DNA from: Bugula neritina | Taxonomy: Eukaryota; Animalia; Bryozoa | Direction of reading: 5' to 3' | Assembly (NCBI GenBank): GCA_964035545.1 | Contig: OZ037772.1 | Span: 4,778,233-4,842,232 of the forward strand | Length of the DNA stretch: 64,000 bases | Part shown: positions 1 to 12,511 of the stretch, one piece after another | How the letters are laid out: the number at the start of each line of letters is the position of its first letter | Position numbering within the stretch: position 1 is the first letter of the stretch | The notes under the pieces: model-generated | What the model was told of the DNA's origin: nothing | The model's input: the letters and a program-made list of their open reading frames with translations, nothing else | The model's database searches: none | Translations under genes and position numbers: made by a program

Positions 1-538
1 ATAGTGTAATCATCACAAGAAAGCAATAAAATATATATTTCATTTATTATGCAACACGCATAGTTGATTTTTACAATACATATAATTCATAACATCTAGT
101 ATGTATAAATGGATATTTTATATGCGTCAAGTATCATATCTAGTGTGTTACTCTGTAATGTTTATAGGATGTAACTTATAATTTTCAGTAAGTCCATCTG
201 TAATAAAATTTGTGTAGCAGTAGTTTAATTATGCCAAAACATGTCATCCTATACAAAATTTCAGCTTATCAAATTATTTCTTTTTGTTAAAGAAAATATT
301 TTGTGGTTTTGCTACACAGCACTGCAATAGCATTTTTTTTGCTACATTTGCTGGGCGTCACTTACACATGCAAAAAATCAATTGAATTAAATGTTCAATA
401 AAAATTTTGAAATGGTACAAGATTGAGTCACACATATAAACATATTGCTTACCGCAAAAAAAAAAACTTTTATTTCAACATGTTCTCAAATAACAAGAAT
501 TTTATTCGAATGGTGGATAGAGTGGTAAAAATACACAT

Positions 539-2960
539 CTATCTATATGCAGAGCAACTCTCAGCATACATAAAAACAAATTCCGAGATAACTTTCTATA
601 GACATACGCTATGCTAGAAACTATTCCTAAGTTCATAAATATGTAGCTGTGATATTTTTTTAAACATACCCATCCGCCATGTTGCTGTAGCCATAAGTCT
701 AAATTCTTGACTCTGAAATACTCGGTGCACCATTCAACCAGCTCAGCTATTCTGCCCATGTAGCCAAACTCAAAGGCGCTGTGGCACAACACATGGGTGT
801 ATATTACAGTCTAAAATACATGATGGTAATATAGCATAACATTACAGCATAAAATGATGGTAATATAGCATAAACCATCTTCTTCAATAATGTAATATAT
901 CAAACTGTTCTGTAAATTGACACTCTATAGAAATGACATTTGATAAAAAATATTATTAATAAACACAATAGACTATATGTGTTTTAATATTCTAAGCATA
1001 TCTGCATATTTTAGATTGTATATTCTTCTGCATATATTGTATGAGTTTACCTTGCTTTGCATATTATATTGTATTCGACATAATGATGTGTGAACAATAA
1101 ACCATAATCATTATACACGTATATATAGGTGTTGGTAGCCTTTGAAAATCTTCCAAAATAATTGAATTTCACTGTTTATAAATACCTCTTCATTGCAGTT
1201 CTTTTGTAAGCAATAATATTTAAAAGACCGCCATATGAAATTATTTTAATTTTAATATAGAGTTGACTCCTAATACTGTATTTCTTTTACATGGATAGTT
1301 ACTCTGAGGTCATATCCTTGCAGAACAAAATGGCAATGATGTAAAAAAGTTTATCTGCTAAAATACATCATATACTAGTCTACTATAAGTAGTTATTTGA
1401 TGACTATAGATGTGCTCACTGTTTATTTAACAATATGAAAAGCAAAAACTATGTATGTATCCAAATAGGAATTGGGTTTGTATTATTGCATAACTACAAA
1501 GTATGTTAAATAACATATATACTGACAGGAGTTTTGATTCTTCCTTTGCAGTGTTATAACCAGCATTTGTCGATTTAGCTTATTTATTTATAACAACACC
1601 TTGCAGCCTAATTGATTGAAGTATGAAAAACACTCCACAATGACAACTATTGCTAAGCGCATATACTTACAAGGTGTTCATCTAAAATGTATTACTGCAA
1701 GCTAGAAGTACTAACTATTAGAATCTTGCCCCATGTTATGCAGCCTCCACAGAACAATTTGTCCAAAGGTATTTTGTAGAGTTTCCATGCTTGCTGAGCG
1801 GGCAGAGAGGGAGGTATTGTGCTCGTCATATGAGAGAATCTATTTCCCACCAGGAGGTCATCTCCCACTAAGCTTATTTCTGAATAATTTAGTCACAAAC
1901 ATAATTATAATGATCATCCAGTGACAAGTGCTATCTCCTTTTCTCATACTGCATAAACTGGTCTAATTTAGGGTAATTTGACACAAATTTTTGAACCTAA
2001 ATTATATAATATTATCATTTGCAAGCAAAATGAGCTATTTTAAAATCTGTCATTTGAGTTAAAAAAATGTTCTAAAAAAAAACTTCTGCTTGCCTGTTCA
2101 TGCTCGTATAATTAACGGTACCAATACCTTTGCTAGTGAGTATTTTGCACAATGCTTGTGTGGTTTGACCAGGGCAAACATTTAAACGCTCACTGACAGC
2201 TTTCCCAATGACATTGAAACATTCTCCACCAAGCAAGGCAGCCTTTAGTAACCTGCGCAATCAGTGTTCAGTTTATTACAGTTACATTCATATTTTGATT
2301 ATCATATGAAAAACGCACATGTGAGAAGTCTTTATTAATATAAGGTACTGTTCAAGTGAGCTGAAGAAATCTTCAATGTACGTGGCAAAGGAGCAATTAT
2401 CAATAAATGTCTCTCCAAAAATCACTAATTTGACCTTTACTGAGATTCAAACCACTGACCTATAGCTTGTGTTTACTAAGCCAGTGCTCTCAACTGCCTA
2501 CCACAGTTACTCGTTTGAAATGTATATCCCAACGGTATGTATCATAGATTGAATAATTGTTTGAAAAAAAAACAAACTTCTGATTGAATAAGTGGTTTAT
2601 GTGCATTTATTTATTATGCTTTAAACCAAATTAAGAGCAAAATAGTTGAGATACAAATACAAACAGCAATAAAGAATAAGAAGCGGGTTTTTGCATTGAG
2701 ACGTCACAGAACTATAGACTACGTTGAAATTCTCAGTTATTTTTCTATGACTTACAATGTAGCTGTAAGACTTTCTTTAAAATTTCACATATTGATGGGC
2801 CATGGGTCAAGACCAACAATAAGAAATAATATTTATGAAATTGCTACTAAGCATGTAACACCTTTGAAACAAGAACGAAGTGATACCTTTGCTGAACAAA
2901 ATGCATAGCAACATTCCTAGTTGTCACGCTCTGCGGCGGCCCTTGAGGTTCCCGTCCCAT
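539..2960 (-). CDS. Bcl-2 family protein A (5 exons: 2960-2887, 2252-2128, 1879-1716, 810-670, 595-539; ~186 aa)
   Basis: Hand-spliced GT-AG exons with matching phases (2,1,0,0) give MGREPQGPPQSVTTRNVAMHFVQQRLLKAA (BH4-like), KEISLVGDDL (BH3), LDKLFCGGCITWGKILITVIY (BH1, WGK for WGR), WLQQHGGW (BH2) and KVISEFVFMYAESCSAYR*. The last exon is the least certain. Confidence 0.85.
2330..2510 (-). mobile_element. tRNA-derived SINE copy (in intron 1 of Bcl-2 A)
   Basis: Reverse complement has a tRNA-like head (tggtaggcagttgagagcactggcttagtaaac...ggttgaatctcagtaaagg) followed by body sequence similar to the copies at 7308, 7571 and 48585. Boundaries are approximate. Confidence 0.55.
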
Positions 2961-4661
2961 ACTACACTAATCATCCACCAGCAATACTCTCAACTCTTTA
3001 GGCTATTTATTTAGGCAAGGCTTTATTTCAACATTCATGCATCGGAATTGCTGACTTATTCTAAGATATCTGGTGTTTTGAACTAAATTTATTTTTCATG
3101 AAATTGTTGTTTGATAGATGTTAATGAATGCTTCAAATTTTTGTAATAAGAAATCTTTATGGCTTCACATAACGATAGAGCTGAATGTAACAAAAAATTA
3201 ATGTAAAGCTGTGTATAGAATTATTATGTGCATAAAATGAATGAGAATTTTTTTTGGTCGTTTGGCAAAGGATCTACTTTTCATGAACCTATAAATCAAA
3301 ATTTTCACTTTTAGCTTTAACATTTCTTTGCTGTAGATCAGCTGCTGTAAGACTGTATATAAAACTGCTATATATTTGCCTTAGGTAAACGACAAGTGTT
3401 TCTAGGGAGCAGTCGTGGTTTAGAAATTGGAGAGATTGGTTGTTGAACTCTAGTTCATGGGTGGTAGTCTTGGCTGTTTGCCAATATTTTACTAAAGTTA
3501 TACTGTTAGCTTTTGCAGTTTGTTCTGCTATTTTTTTGCTATTTGCTATTTTTTTGCTGGTACAAAAATCTCTTTAATTTATGTTATGGTTGTTAGTAGT
3601 TTCACTTGGCAGGAAAGAGTTCAAAGAAGCTTATATATTTGTAAGTGCCATTATAATTTCGGAGCTTTTTATTTAAAAGTTATAACTTACGTATATGTTT
3701 TTGTACAACATGTAACTATTCCTTATATAAAGTACATGACAAGGAATGAGCAATAAATCAAGAGATTAAGGATCTTTTTTCATAATTGTTGCTATTCAAA
3801 CAAATAAAACCATTCCTGGCACAATGAGTTACATTCCTAAAAAAGGCTATTGGTGGTTTTAGGAAGAGTATCCAAGCAGTCAAAACTGCTACTTATATAC
3901 AAGTCTCCAGTCTCCACATACAAATAAGTTCCCAGCTGACTTTAAAAAACTTCAAAAACTTTCTGTCTCCGGTTTCTCAAAGTGACTAATTACTTGTTTA
4001 AATACTATTTGATATTTTTTTCTTTGGTCATAAAGATGAGACAACTGAGGTAGAACTTGGAGTATAATAGATTAATTTATGTGAACAGAAAATTTGTCTT
4101 ATAGCTTATGCTATTATAACACTAATACTCTGACATCGATATTTATGGAAATTATGGTTTTGTTTCTGTTACTATGAAAAACACTCTTGCTAAAAAAATC
4201 ACCAGATGATATTATAAAGATGAAGCTAAAATAGTTAGTCGTATTGCAGCATTTAATTATATTATTTTAGAAAAAAATTTAGAGAAAGCGTTTTGCTATT
4301 TACAAAGCAACATCTAAAATATAATGCCTGTAACAAAATGTTGTCATTGCTTTCTAAGTGGAAAGATTCTTCTATATGAGTGACCAAGTTACATAAAAAG
4401 CAAAATGCTGAAGTATAAACTGTTTTTTTGCTTTATAGTAATTTACAAGAAAAAAATGGAAAGTAGACAAAATGCAGAATATGCAATTTGTTCATCTTGT
4501 GTTAGTGTATATCTACCATTTCACAGGTTGCGAGAAAAAGATGTTTTTGTTTGTTTTTTCAACACAAAAGTTTGAGTTAAATTTTCTTATGAAAACAATA
4601 AAAATTGCATCACCGCTATTTGAGGAAGCCATTTATATTATTATTGGAATAGCTTAGCAAA

Positions 4662-7600
4662 ATGGCCGATCCCTCCAATGAGCCAGATCTTCGTGAAGTA
4701 GTTGTAAAGTTCATGCTTATAAGGTGAGATACAGTTTCTTTTAAATGACATCAAGGACCTTGACCTCTAAATGAGACAGCTTTTTTGGCAGCCATTTCTT
4801 TATGTTGCCTAAAATGAATGACCTTTTGATTCATGCTTAAAAATGTTATCCAAAATAATACTAATTTTTATGTTTATCTCTGTTATTGGTTTGGCACACA
4901 TGGATTTCAGATAATATATTATAAATAAATGTAGCCTTAGCCCCTGATCTGTTTGTAGTGTAGAAGAAGCAGGATATTGTGTGGATAAATACCCTCACCT
5001 TCAAAGTATCCAGAAAACTTTACGGAAAAATAATGCTGAATATTATGCTAGGATAGTAGTCACCTGCCGTGAGTAGTCATATATACTTTTGGCTTCAACT
5101 CTGTTAACACTACTTCAGATGATATTCAGTATATTGCACACTGGTTTAGTATATTATACACATTATTTAGTATGGGTAACGGGGGGGGGGGGGGAGGGGG
5201 GCACAACGGTCATAGGAGAACAAAAAGCCAGCCAAATTGTGAAAGAACTTATTGACTTAGAGTTATGATTTTTTTTCATAAATAGTTATTGACATAATTA
5301 TTCAGCAATTGCAGTTTCAACACTTGCGAAACATATGTGTTGAAAAGGCAAGTGAAAAACTGTTTTTACTTACTTTTTGTAAATTTTTTTATAAGATGTC
5401 GTTAAAGCTTTATAACTTTTTACCATCAAAGGCAACAGGCCTAGATTTTACTGATATTGTTGCCATTGTTTGTCTTTACACTGCCTAACTAGTATAACAG
5501 CAAACTTCAAAATAAGTTTTCTTTGAGGCACATTTATTTTCAATTTAGCCATCCAGGGCACAATTGGACACCTGATTATTGCACTCTGATCACTGTTATT
5601 AGTTTGTTGGCCCAAAAAGTTAGTTGAAATGTTACTAAAATCTATAGATATAGCCACTTCTGACCTTTTTGTAAAATATCAAAGACATCATGGTAAGACT
5701 ACAAAACTACAAGGTGAAGCTCTCCTAATATATACATCTGGCGAGGTTAAAGCTTTGCCATTTTATACATAATACAAAGCACTATGCTGTTGCTACTAGT
5801 AGATAGTCATAATATTCATTATACATTATATCACTGAGGGAATGTACATGTATTTGACTAAAATAAATTGTGATTTGCCCCAGCCACAAACCGAAGCCAT
5901 GTATTTAGCTACAGTTCATAGAAAAAAAGTCCACTCAGAATTTTGTAGTACATGTTACTTAAGTTTTTCTTTCTGATAAAAGTTCCTCTGAAGTGTAAAT
6001 AAAAAACATTTTTAGTTCTAAACCATGACGGTAATGGCACTGTAAAAACGAGTGATTTTCGATTGATTTTGCTTTTTTCTGCTATCCGTGGTGGCACAAA
6101 CTGTACAGCTGAAACATGAATTTTGCTGTAGATCTGAAAGAATATTTATATTTATTTGTAATATTTAAGAAATAAAAATCAGATGCAACGAAATCCGCAA
6201 AGTTTCAATATATTTGTTGTGTCTCACCCAATGGCCCATTGTACTCCGATACTGGGGCACAATGGGCCGATTTTCTCGTCCTAAACATTTCATTATTCTA
6301 AAAGTTATGAGAAAGATAGAAACATCAAACTAATACTTGTAATAGACAACAGATACAACATTAAGACTACAGATTTTTGAACTAGTAACTTGAAAAACAC
6401 ACGAATGAGAGCAAAGAATGCAAAGTTCGGCCCGTTGTGCCCTTGTAACCCCTATATTATAGGCTTTTTTCTAACATATTATACATGCGGTGTTATATAT
6501 TTGTTTGGTATATATTATGCATATCAAAAATTATTTTTCACGCATGTATTTACTATTATAATTATTATGAACAATGGTGTCTTCACAGGATTATACACAA
6601 TATTTCATACAAAATTTTTAGTATGCTATACATATACACAATACTCACTGTATGCTACATATATAAATGTTATGTATTTTAAAACGCATTTCTATTATGG
6701 TAAAGTTGAAAATTTGTTTTCATGCTTGTCAAAAGCAAAACAGCCTATCTCATCAGATATCTATTCATCTACTACTATAATGTACTACTATACTATATGG
6801 TTTACTACAAATAGAAAAACATGGAAAATAAACAAGAGCACATATGTTTTTCTATGGCTATTGTGTTACAGAATATTACCAACTAAATAATATAATATAA
6901 CAATTATTTGTAAATAATTAGTACTTATATCAAAAGCTCCGACATACATATAAGTTATGTGATCTGTGTAGTGGCTCAAAAATCTGATGCTCTTATACAG
7001 ATGAATTTCCTCAAACTTTTGGCAGACAAGGAGCGTGTATTTATTTATTAAAAGAGTTGCTTTCACATCATTATAGTTTGATACTTTTTCATTTCACCAC
7101 CAGGAACTCAGTTGTCATGCAACCCCAGCATGATGGAGCTGATGCAGAGGGAGTCTCAGAACATTCCTCCTGATATGGACAGACAGAAAGCAGAGAATCT
7201 CTACATATCATTGCTGGATGTTATTTTGAAGAGCGGAGAGCACAGCTACAGTCGTCTTGTCAGAGTAAATACAATGAACTTGTAACATATATATAATCAT
7301 AAAAGTTGGAGCTGTAGTCTATGGGCTAGAGCATTTGCTTAGTGAACGCAAAGCTTTGAGTTCAAACCCCAGTAAAAGCTATTATACTGGTGTTTGAAGG
7401 AGCATATGGTAATAGTTACTCCTTTGCCTTTTCTGAATAAGTACTTAGCCAATTTGAATAAAAAAACCTCTCCATAAAAGGTTTCTCACTTGAATGATGA
7501 CTATAAACTGGCGTGAGTTTTGTCAGAGTAAATACAATAAACTTATAAACCTATATATAGTCATAAGAATAGGAGCTGTGGTCTATGGGCTAAAGCATTT

Positions 7601-8378
7601 GCTTAATGAGCTCAAGGTTTCTGAGTTCAAACCCCAGTAAAGGCTATTAATACATTTAGGAAAAGCATCTGGTAATAATTGCTCCTGTGCCTTTTCTGAA
7701 AAAGTATTTAGCCTAATTTAATATGAAGATTTTCTCCATCAGGAGTTTCTCACGCGTATGGTGATTATGAACTTGTGTGTGTTTTTATAGACATCAGAAA
7801 AGAACCACTATGTGTGGATTTCGAAATTACATGAATTGTGCCAACAAATATTGCAGTAATGTTGTACTCAGCTGACACTATTTATATTTCAACTCTTTCA
7901 ATTCCAGTTTTTACCTTTATAACTTGCATTGTCTTGAGAACAACAATTGAGATTCCAACTTGAAACAGTTTTTAGGTCGATAAGATATGAGACTTAGAAC
8001 ACAATGATTCTTTATGTTATTATCTACTTATATACATCATGATGTAGTGCAAACCATTAAAATAATCCTATAATAGAAGAGAATCAATAAAAATTTGAAG
8101 ATGTTTATGCGTTTTTAATAAAGCAGTGACTTTGCAGGTACTTGTTACAACAGCCAATTTAGCCTGTGAAGCAGTAAAAGCTAACAAGTCAGAGAGGGTA
8201 GTAGATCTTATTTCTTGGTGTCTGGTGTTACTTAAGAACTCAGGATATGCAGAGTGGCATGCTAAAGATTGTAATGGCTGGGTAAGTTTTTGGCATGTTG
8301 CCTAATTCAACTTTGAAAAATACATGTATAATTGAAAAGAGCAGGTATAAGGCAATATAAGTATTTTATAAACACACA

Positions 8379-8420
<42 letters not shown>

Positions 8421-8827
8421 CGCACACACGCACACACGCACACACGCACACACGCACACACGCACACACGCACACACGCACACACGCACACAATAGTTAT
8501 TGTTATGATATACTATAAACAATTGTAGTTATTAGCATTTACTATATTAGTATAACTATGCGACTCAGTGACTTCAACCTAACCTTTGTATTTTTGAAGA
8601 GTAACATGCTGATTGCACTGGAATGTGACAGCAAGAAGTCAAAAAGTGACCTCCTTGAAGAAGAAATAGCGAAAGAAGAAGATGCCAAAATAACTGCTGC
8701 TATAGACGCCGATCTTGCAGCAGCTACAGATGGTGAACTAGCTGCTGTCACAGATGGTGAGCTAACTGCTGCTACAGATGACGTTGCTGCTGCCAACAAA
8801 GAAGTCTTAAACGCTGAATCTGACTAG
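4662..8827 (+). CDS. Divergent Bcl-2 family protein B (5 exons: 4662-4723, 4959-5068, 7104-7264, 8138-8281, 8600-8827; ~234 aa)
   Basis: Exon phases 2,1,0,0 are the same as in gene [22 protein letters not shown] is BH4-like. [34 protein letters not shown] aligns with gene A IPPSLPAQQAWKLYKIPLDKLFCGGCITWGKILI (degenerate BH1). [10 protein letters not shown] is BH2 and is followed by the intron typical of the family. The tail is acidic and Ala-rich. Confidence 0.8.
5173..6452. mobile_element. Non-autonomous DNA transposon (pogo/Tc1-mariner-like MITE) in intron 2 of Bcl-2 B
   Basis: Imperfect TIRs (tgggtaac-G run-gcacaacgg at the left, ccgttgtgcccttgtaacccc at the right), TA on both flanks, and internal copies of the gggcacaa motif (~5556, ~6232-6268). 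Confidence 0.55.
7259..7785 (+). mobile_element. Tandem duplication (~263 bp unit) carrying two tRNA-derived SINE copies (~7308-7520, ~7571-7785)
   Basis: Both units start gtcagagtaaatacaat and contain A-box-like gtagtctatgggctagagc and B-box gagttcaaaccc. Confidence 0.65.
8371..8491. repeat. (CA)n / (CACACACG)n compound microsatellite
   Basis: Directly visible; it explains the CVCV ORFs at 8302-8522. Confidence 0.97.
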
Positions 8828-9929
8828 AAAATTGATTATCATTTGTATGAAGTATGAAATTCTTTTTAAAAACATTTCAGAGGGAAAGCAAGTCATTACT
8901 TTTTCAGTATTCAATGCCAAACTATGTCTATTCACATTCTAAACAGCAATCATGGAAAACTGTTGAGAATCGAAATGACTTCATTTTTCAATTGATTTTC
9001 TTGCTTCCAACCACAAGCCTTCAACATCTCAGTCTCAAAAAACAATTTATTGTCTTTTTAATAGCCATAAATAGACAATGCAGATCAAACTAAACATGTG
9101 AATGTCTCAGCCTAAAAATTTATTTTATAGAATAAAATTATTAAACAAAATAAAAAGTGTTTACTCATTTCCTATTCAAAAGAAAACTCATGAAAATATA
9201 ATTAGGCTTTTTATATAGCACTGTAAATTTCAGTAGCATCTTCTAAATACAATGAAATTGTCAATATATAAAAAGCAACGTAAGATAAAGTATACAAGAA
9301 TAACTATCCTCCATTGACTGTAAAGTTTAAAAACAAAACATGAACACATGCAGTGACCACAGTGACTTCTGTATATGATTTGTAAAAGCATAATATCAAG
9401 TTAGGTAGTTGTTGAGATTTTGAATACAAAAGTTTTAAATTTCAAAATTATATTGATACTCAGGTATATTTTGCTTCAATCGTGGTATTTGTGAAATTAA
9501 AACAACATAAATAACAAACATAAACTTGAGATATTATCAGGCAATGAAGATAACTCACCAAGTCTGTCACTATTTGATAACGCATACAAAAAAGTGTGGT
9601 GAGGATCTGTTTAAAATTTGTGCTTGATGAAGTCTTGCAAAAATACCTGTGCATTCTGATCTATACTAGCTGCACATGATAAAATAAATTTCTTTTGAGC
9701 AATCTTTTGCTAAAAAAACTCCGATAACAGTGTTTTCTTGTTATGACTACTATCTACAAAGTTACACTGCTCATCATCTCCATCTTCATTTCGATCTCCA
9801 TACAGTATACTTAGTCATAATCTACATAGAACATTTTAGCAGTTTAATATATATGAAACCTACCTTATTGTTTATTTGCAAAAAAGTCTAAAATAAGGAA
9901 CTAATATGTAAATATCATATTCCAATAAT

Positions 9930-12511
9930 ACCTGTTGACTCATAATAGTGAGAGGGATGATGCAATGTACACTCAACTGGTGAGCTGGTTTGCGGCGTTG
10001 TCTCCCCAGTCGAAGGAATTTAATATTCTCTTCTGGGAACACAGGTCTTATTTGTTGGTCCCACATTTCTATTGCATTGACTTTCCACTGACAAAACCAG
10101 CACACAAAACCTCCAGCTCACATTCTTTTTCTAAATCAGGACAACTGAAGAGCTCCAAGCACTATGGGCAGGCTCATCAAGGTCCTGGCCCAAAAGGTCT
10201 TGCACCTGACGGTCACTTCCTTTTCCAACTCAGGTCCTAACCGACGGGTCAGCTGCCAAATCGGCACTGTACCCGCTGGCAGAGGTATCTCATGACAGAC
10301 GGCTTTAGTCAGACCCATCTCATGGACGCCGCAACAGAACACATCCTAGTACTACGACAGTGATTGCGCCACTACCCAGCAATCCCTGTTTCACTGACAG
10401 GCATCACAGGCATTCCCTTACAAATCTACCTAGTGTTCAGGCACCGGCCCACTGCCGTTCCTAGTGGGTACTCCACGGGCCTCTTCCGCCGTCTCCATGG
10501 CTGCCCCACGTCCTCCTCCTGCACAGACTAGAAGTTTCCAACTAACAAATCAGCCGGCAACTCTACTGGCTCTATGAAAGGGTTCACACACTGTACCAAG
10601 ATTTTTCCAAGCTCACCCAGCTAATTCAGACTGTCCGAAAGCTGGAGGACACCTTCAAGTGCCCTTCCAGTTGGAGATTTTCTTACAGGTCACTCTGCAG
10701 CGAACTGTAGCCTGGGAGCACCCTGGAATGGTGCAGCACTGCAACACCTGCACTCCTCCACCAAGGGCCTGCTGAACTTATCAACACAAGCAACCTCACC
10801 TCATGCCAACATCACCGCTGACTTGCTAAAGTCGATGTGGCACTTTTTTCTCTTTAAAAATTGCATACCTAAGATGGCATTCTCCTTTAGCTGACTGTTG
10901 ATGATGGTCCCACTAATTGTCTGATCTTGTCAGCTCAATCAGTTAAAAGAATGGAATGCATGACCCATTTGCCAACGCACCATGCTCCTCTCTATAAGGC
11001 TCCAGGTTAGCCCTGCCTCATGTGCTGAGTGTGTTAAAAATACGCCAGTTTAGGAGATTGGTAGCACACCCAGTGTCAAACAGGAATGTTGCAGCTTTGT
11101 GGGCAAGCTTGCCTAGCAGAAAATAACTGCTTTCATGTGGCTGGGTGTTCCCCAAGCGGCTCCTCCCTGGAGGTGACACCTCATGCGCATGGAGTTTGCG
11201 AGAAAGTTTCTGAGGTCTCATGGGCAGCCGAAGAAAATCTTGGTCCTGCTCTCACTCCTCGTACACTCCTTCCTCTTGCAATCCTTCAAAGCACTATCTG
11301 AGTAGCGATGCTGGAGGCTTTGACAAACCTTGCGGTCTGCTAACGCTCCCTGGGGCTTGCCACTCCGACAAAGGCGGCCTCCCCGCCCTGTTGGACTTTG
11401 GACTTTGGCCTTAGTTTCGAAGGTATTAATCGAGGCAAACGGTCGGCGAATTCTACCATGGGACATCAAGGTTTAACCATTTCCTCCCATTATGCTGGGC
11501 ATTCACCCCAGGCCGACATGGGCTATTGACTCGGAAATAGGCATTTCTCACGTCGAATTGCCCTCTTCATCGTGTTGATTTCGAATACCAGCAAATGCCG
11601 TTTGAAGCTAATATTGTTGTACGACTGGAGAAACTCCTCTATCACAAAACTCATCCGGCATTATTTTGGCAAGTCGCTATAAGCGACTTGCATCAGCCGT
11701 TCAACTATATTTGCGTGTTCCCTCAAGAGTGTCTCAGGATTACGTCTACGTATGTGTAGTTTTACACGCGCATCTTGAGCAGTGAGCCCATACTGGGCTC
11801 TTCATGCCTGAAAATGCTGTTGACATTCGGCCGGTACCATAAGGATTGAACATAATCGTAGCTGTAAAATAGTGACCCTGGCCGGTCATCTATAGATGGC
11901 TGCCACATCAATGAACTCAGCAAAATATTTCTCCACATCTTCTTCTCCGCAGAAGGTGGGAGCCTGCAAATGATAGCTGTTCATAGGCAGCGCTTGGCCG
12001 ACCACGACATCCTCCTCCTCGTTACTTGCCATACTCTTCTACTTCTTAGCCTGGGGCATAATCCCACTGCTGCCACCACTGTTGTGGATTTGTAGGATTC
12101 ACAATATGTGGGTATTTAAGAGAAGATGCTTTGCAGATAATACTAATTCAGAGTATTGAGTATAGAAGGATTTATTGCACGCGAATTGTACAAGAGTAAA
12201 TGAAAGTGGCATACAGAAGGAAACACTACAAAATTACTAGCATGATTACAACTACTTAAATAAACTAGCTTAACTCTATGACAACGTGGGGCTGGCGCAT
12301 CACGGTGCTTTTATACTTGCTCAGCTGTTGTAATGCAAGAATGATCAGATGATCATTAGCCAATCTGTAGGGAGTGATCACTAGCCAATACAATGGGAAA
12401 TAGAGTAGCATATCATTGTGATTAGATTGGAAGGTAGCTTAGGGTATCGTAAGGGTTAACTCCATGTCTACCCTAGTGTTGCAACGCGCAGCATGGTAGT
12501 TGTGTCGCTTC
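9930..12511 (-). mobile_element. Degenerate, 3'-truncated Ty3/Gypsy LTR retrotransposon (LTR, PBS, gag, protease, start of RT)
   Basis: LTR 3' end ...cacaaca at 12080, then PBS tggtggcagcagtgggat (12078-12061). Aspartic protease motif FLFDTGC at ~11080 and RT-leader HEIPLPAGTVPIWQLTRRL at ~10290. Many stops and frameshifts. Homologous to the element at 22135-27600. Confidence 0.85.
12061..12078 (-). promoter_or_regulatory. Primer-binding site, complementary to a tRNA-Leu-type 3' end
   Basis: Plus strand atcccactgctgccacca matches the 3' end of eukaryotic tRNA-Leu(AAG/TAG) plus CCA and lies 1 nt from the LTR terminus. Confidence 0.75.

Noticed and set aside
6390-6890. 166-aa ORF
   Set aside because: AT-rich intron and MITE-end sequence inside Bcl-2 B, with a TTG start and no motif.
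7308-7380. tRNA genes
   Set aside because: A/B boxes are present but there is no intact cloverleaf, and each is followed by a shared body sequence, so these are SINE heads.
8302-8522. CVCV and YIYI ORFs (also 54033, 59723, 61876)
   Set aside because: These are translations of CA and TA microsatellites.
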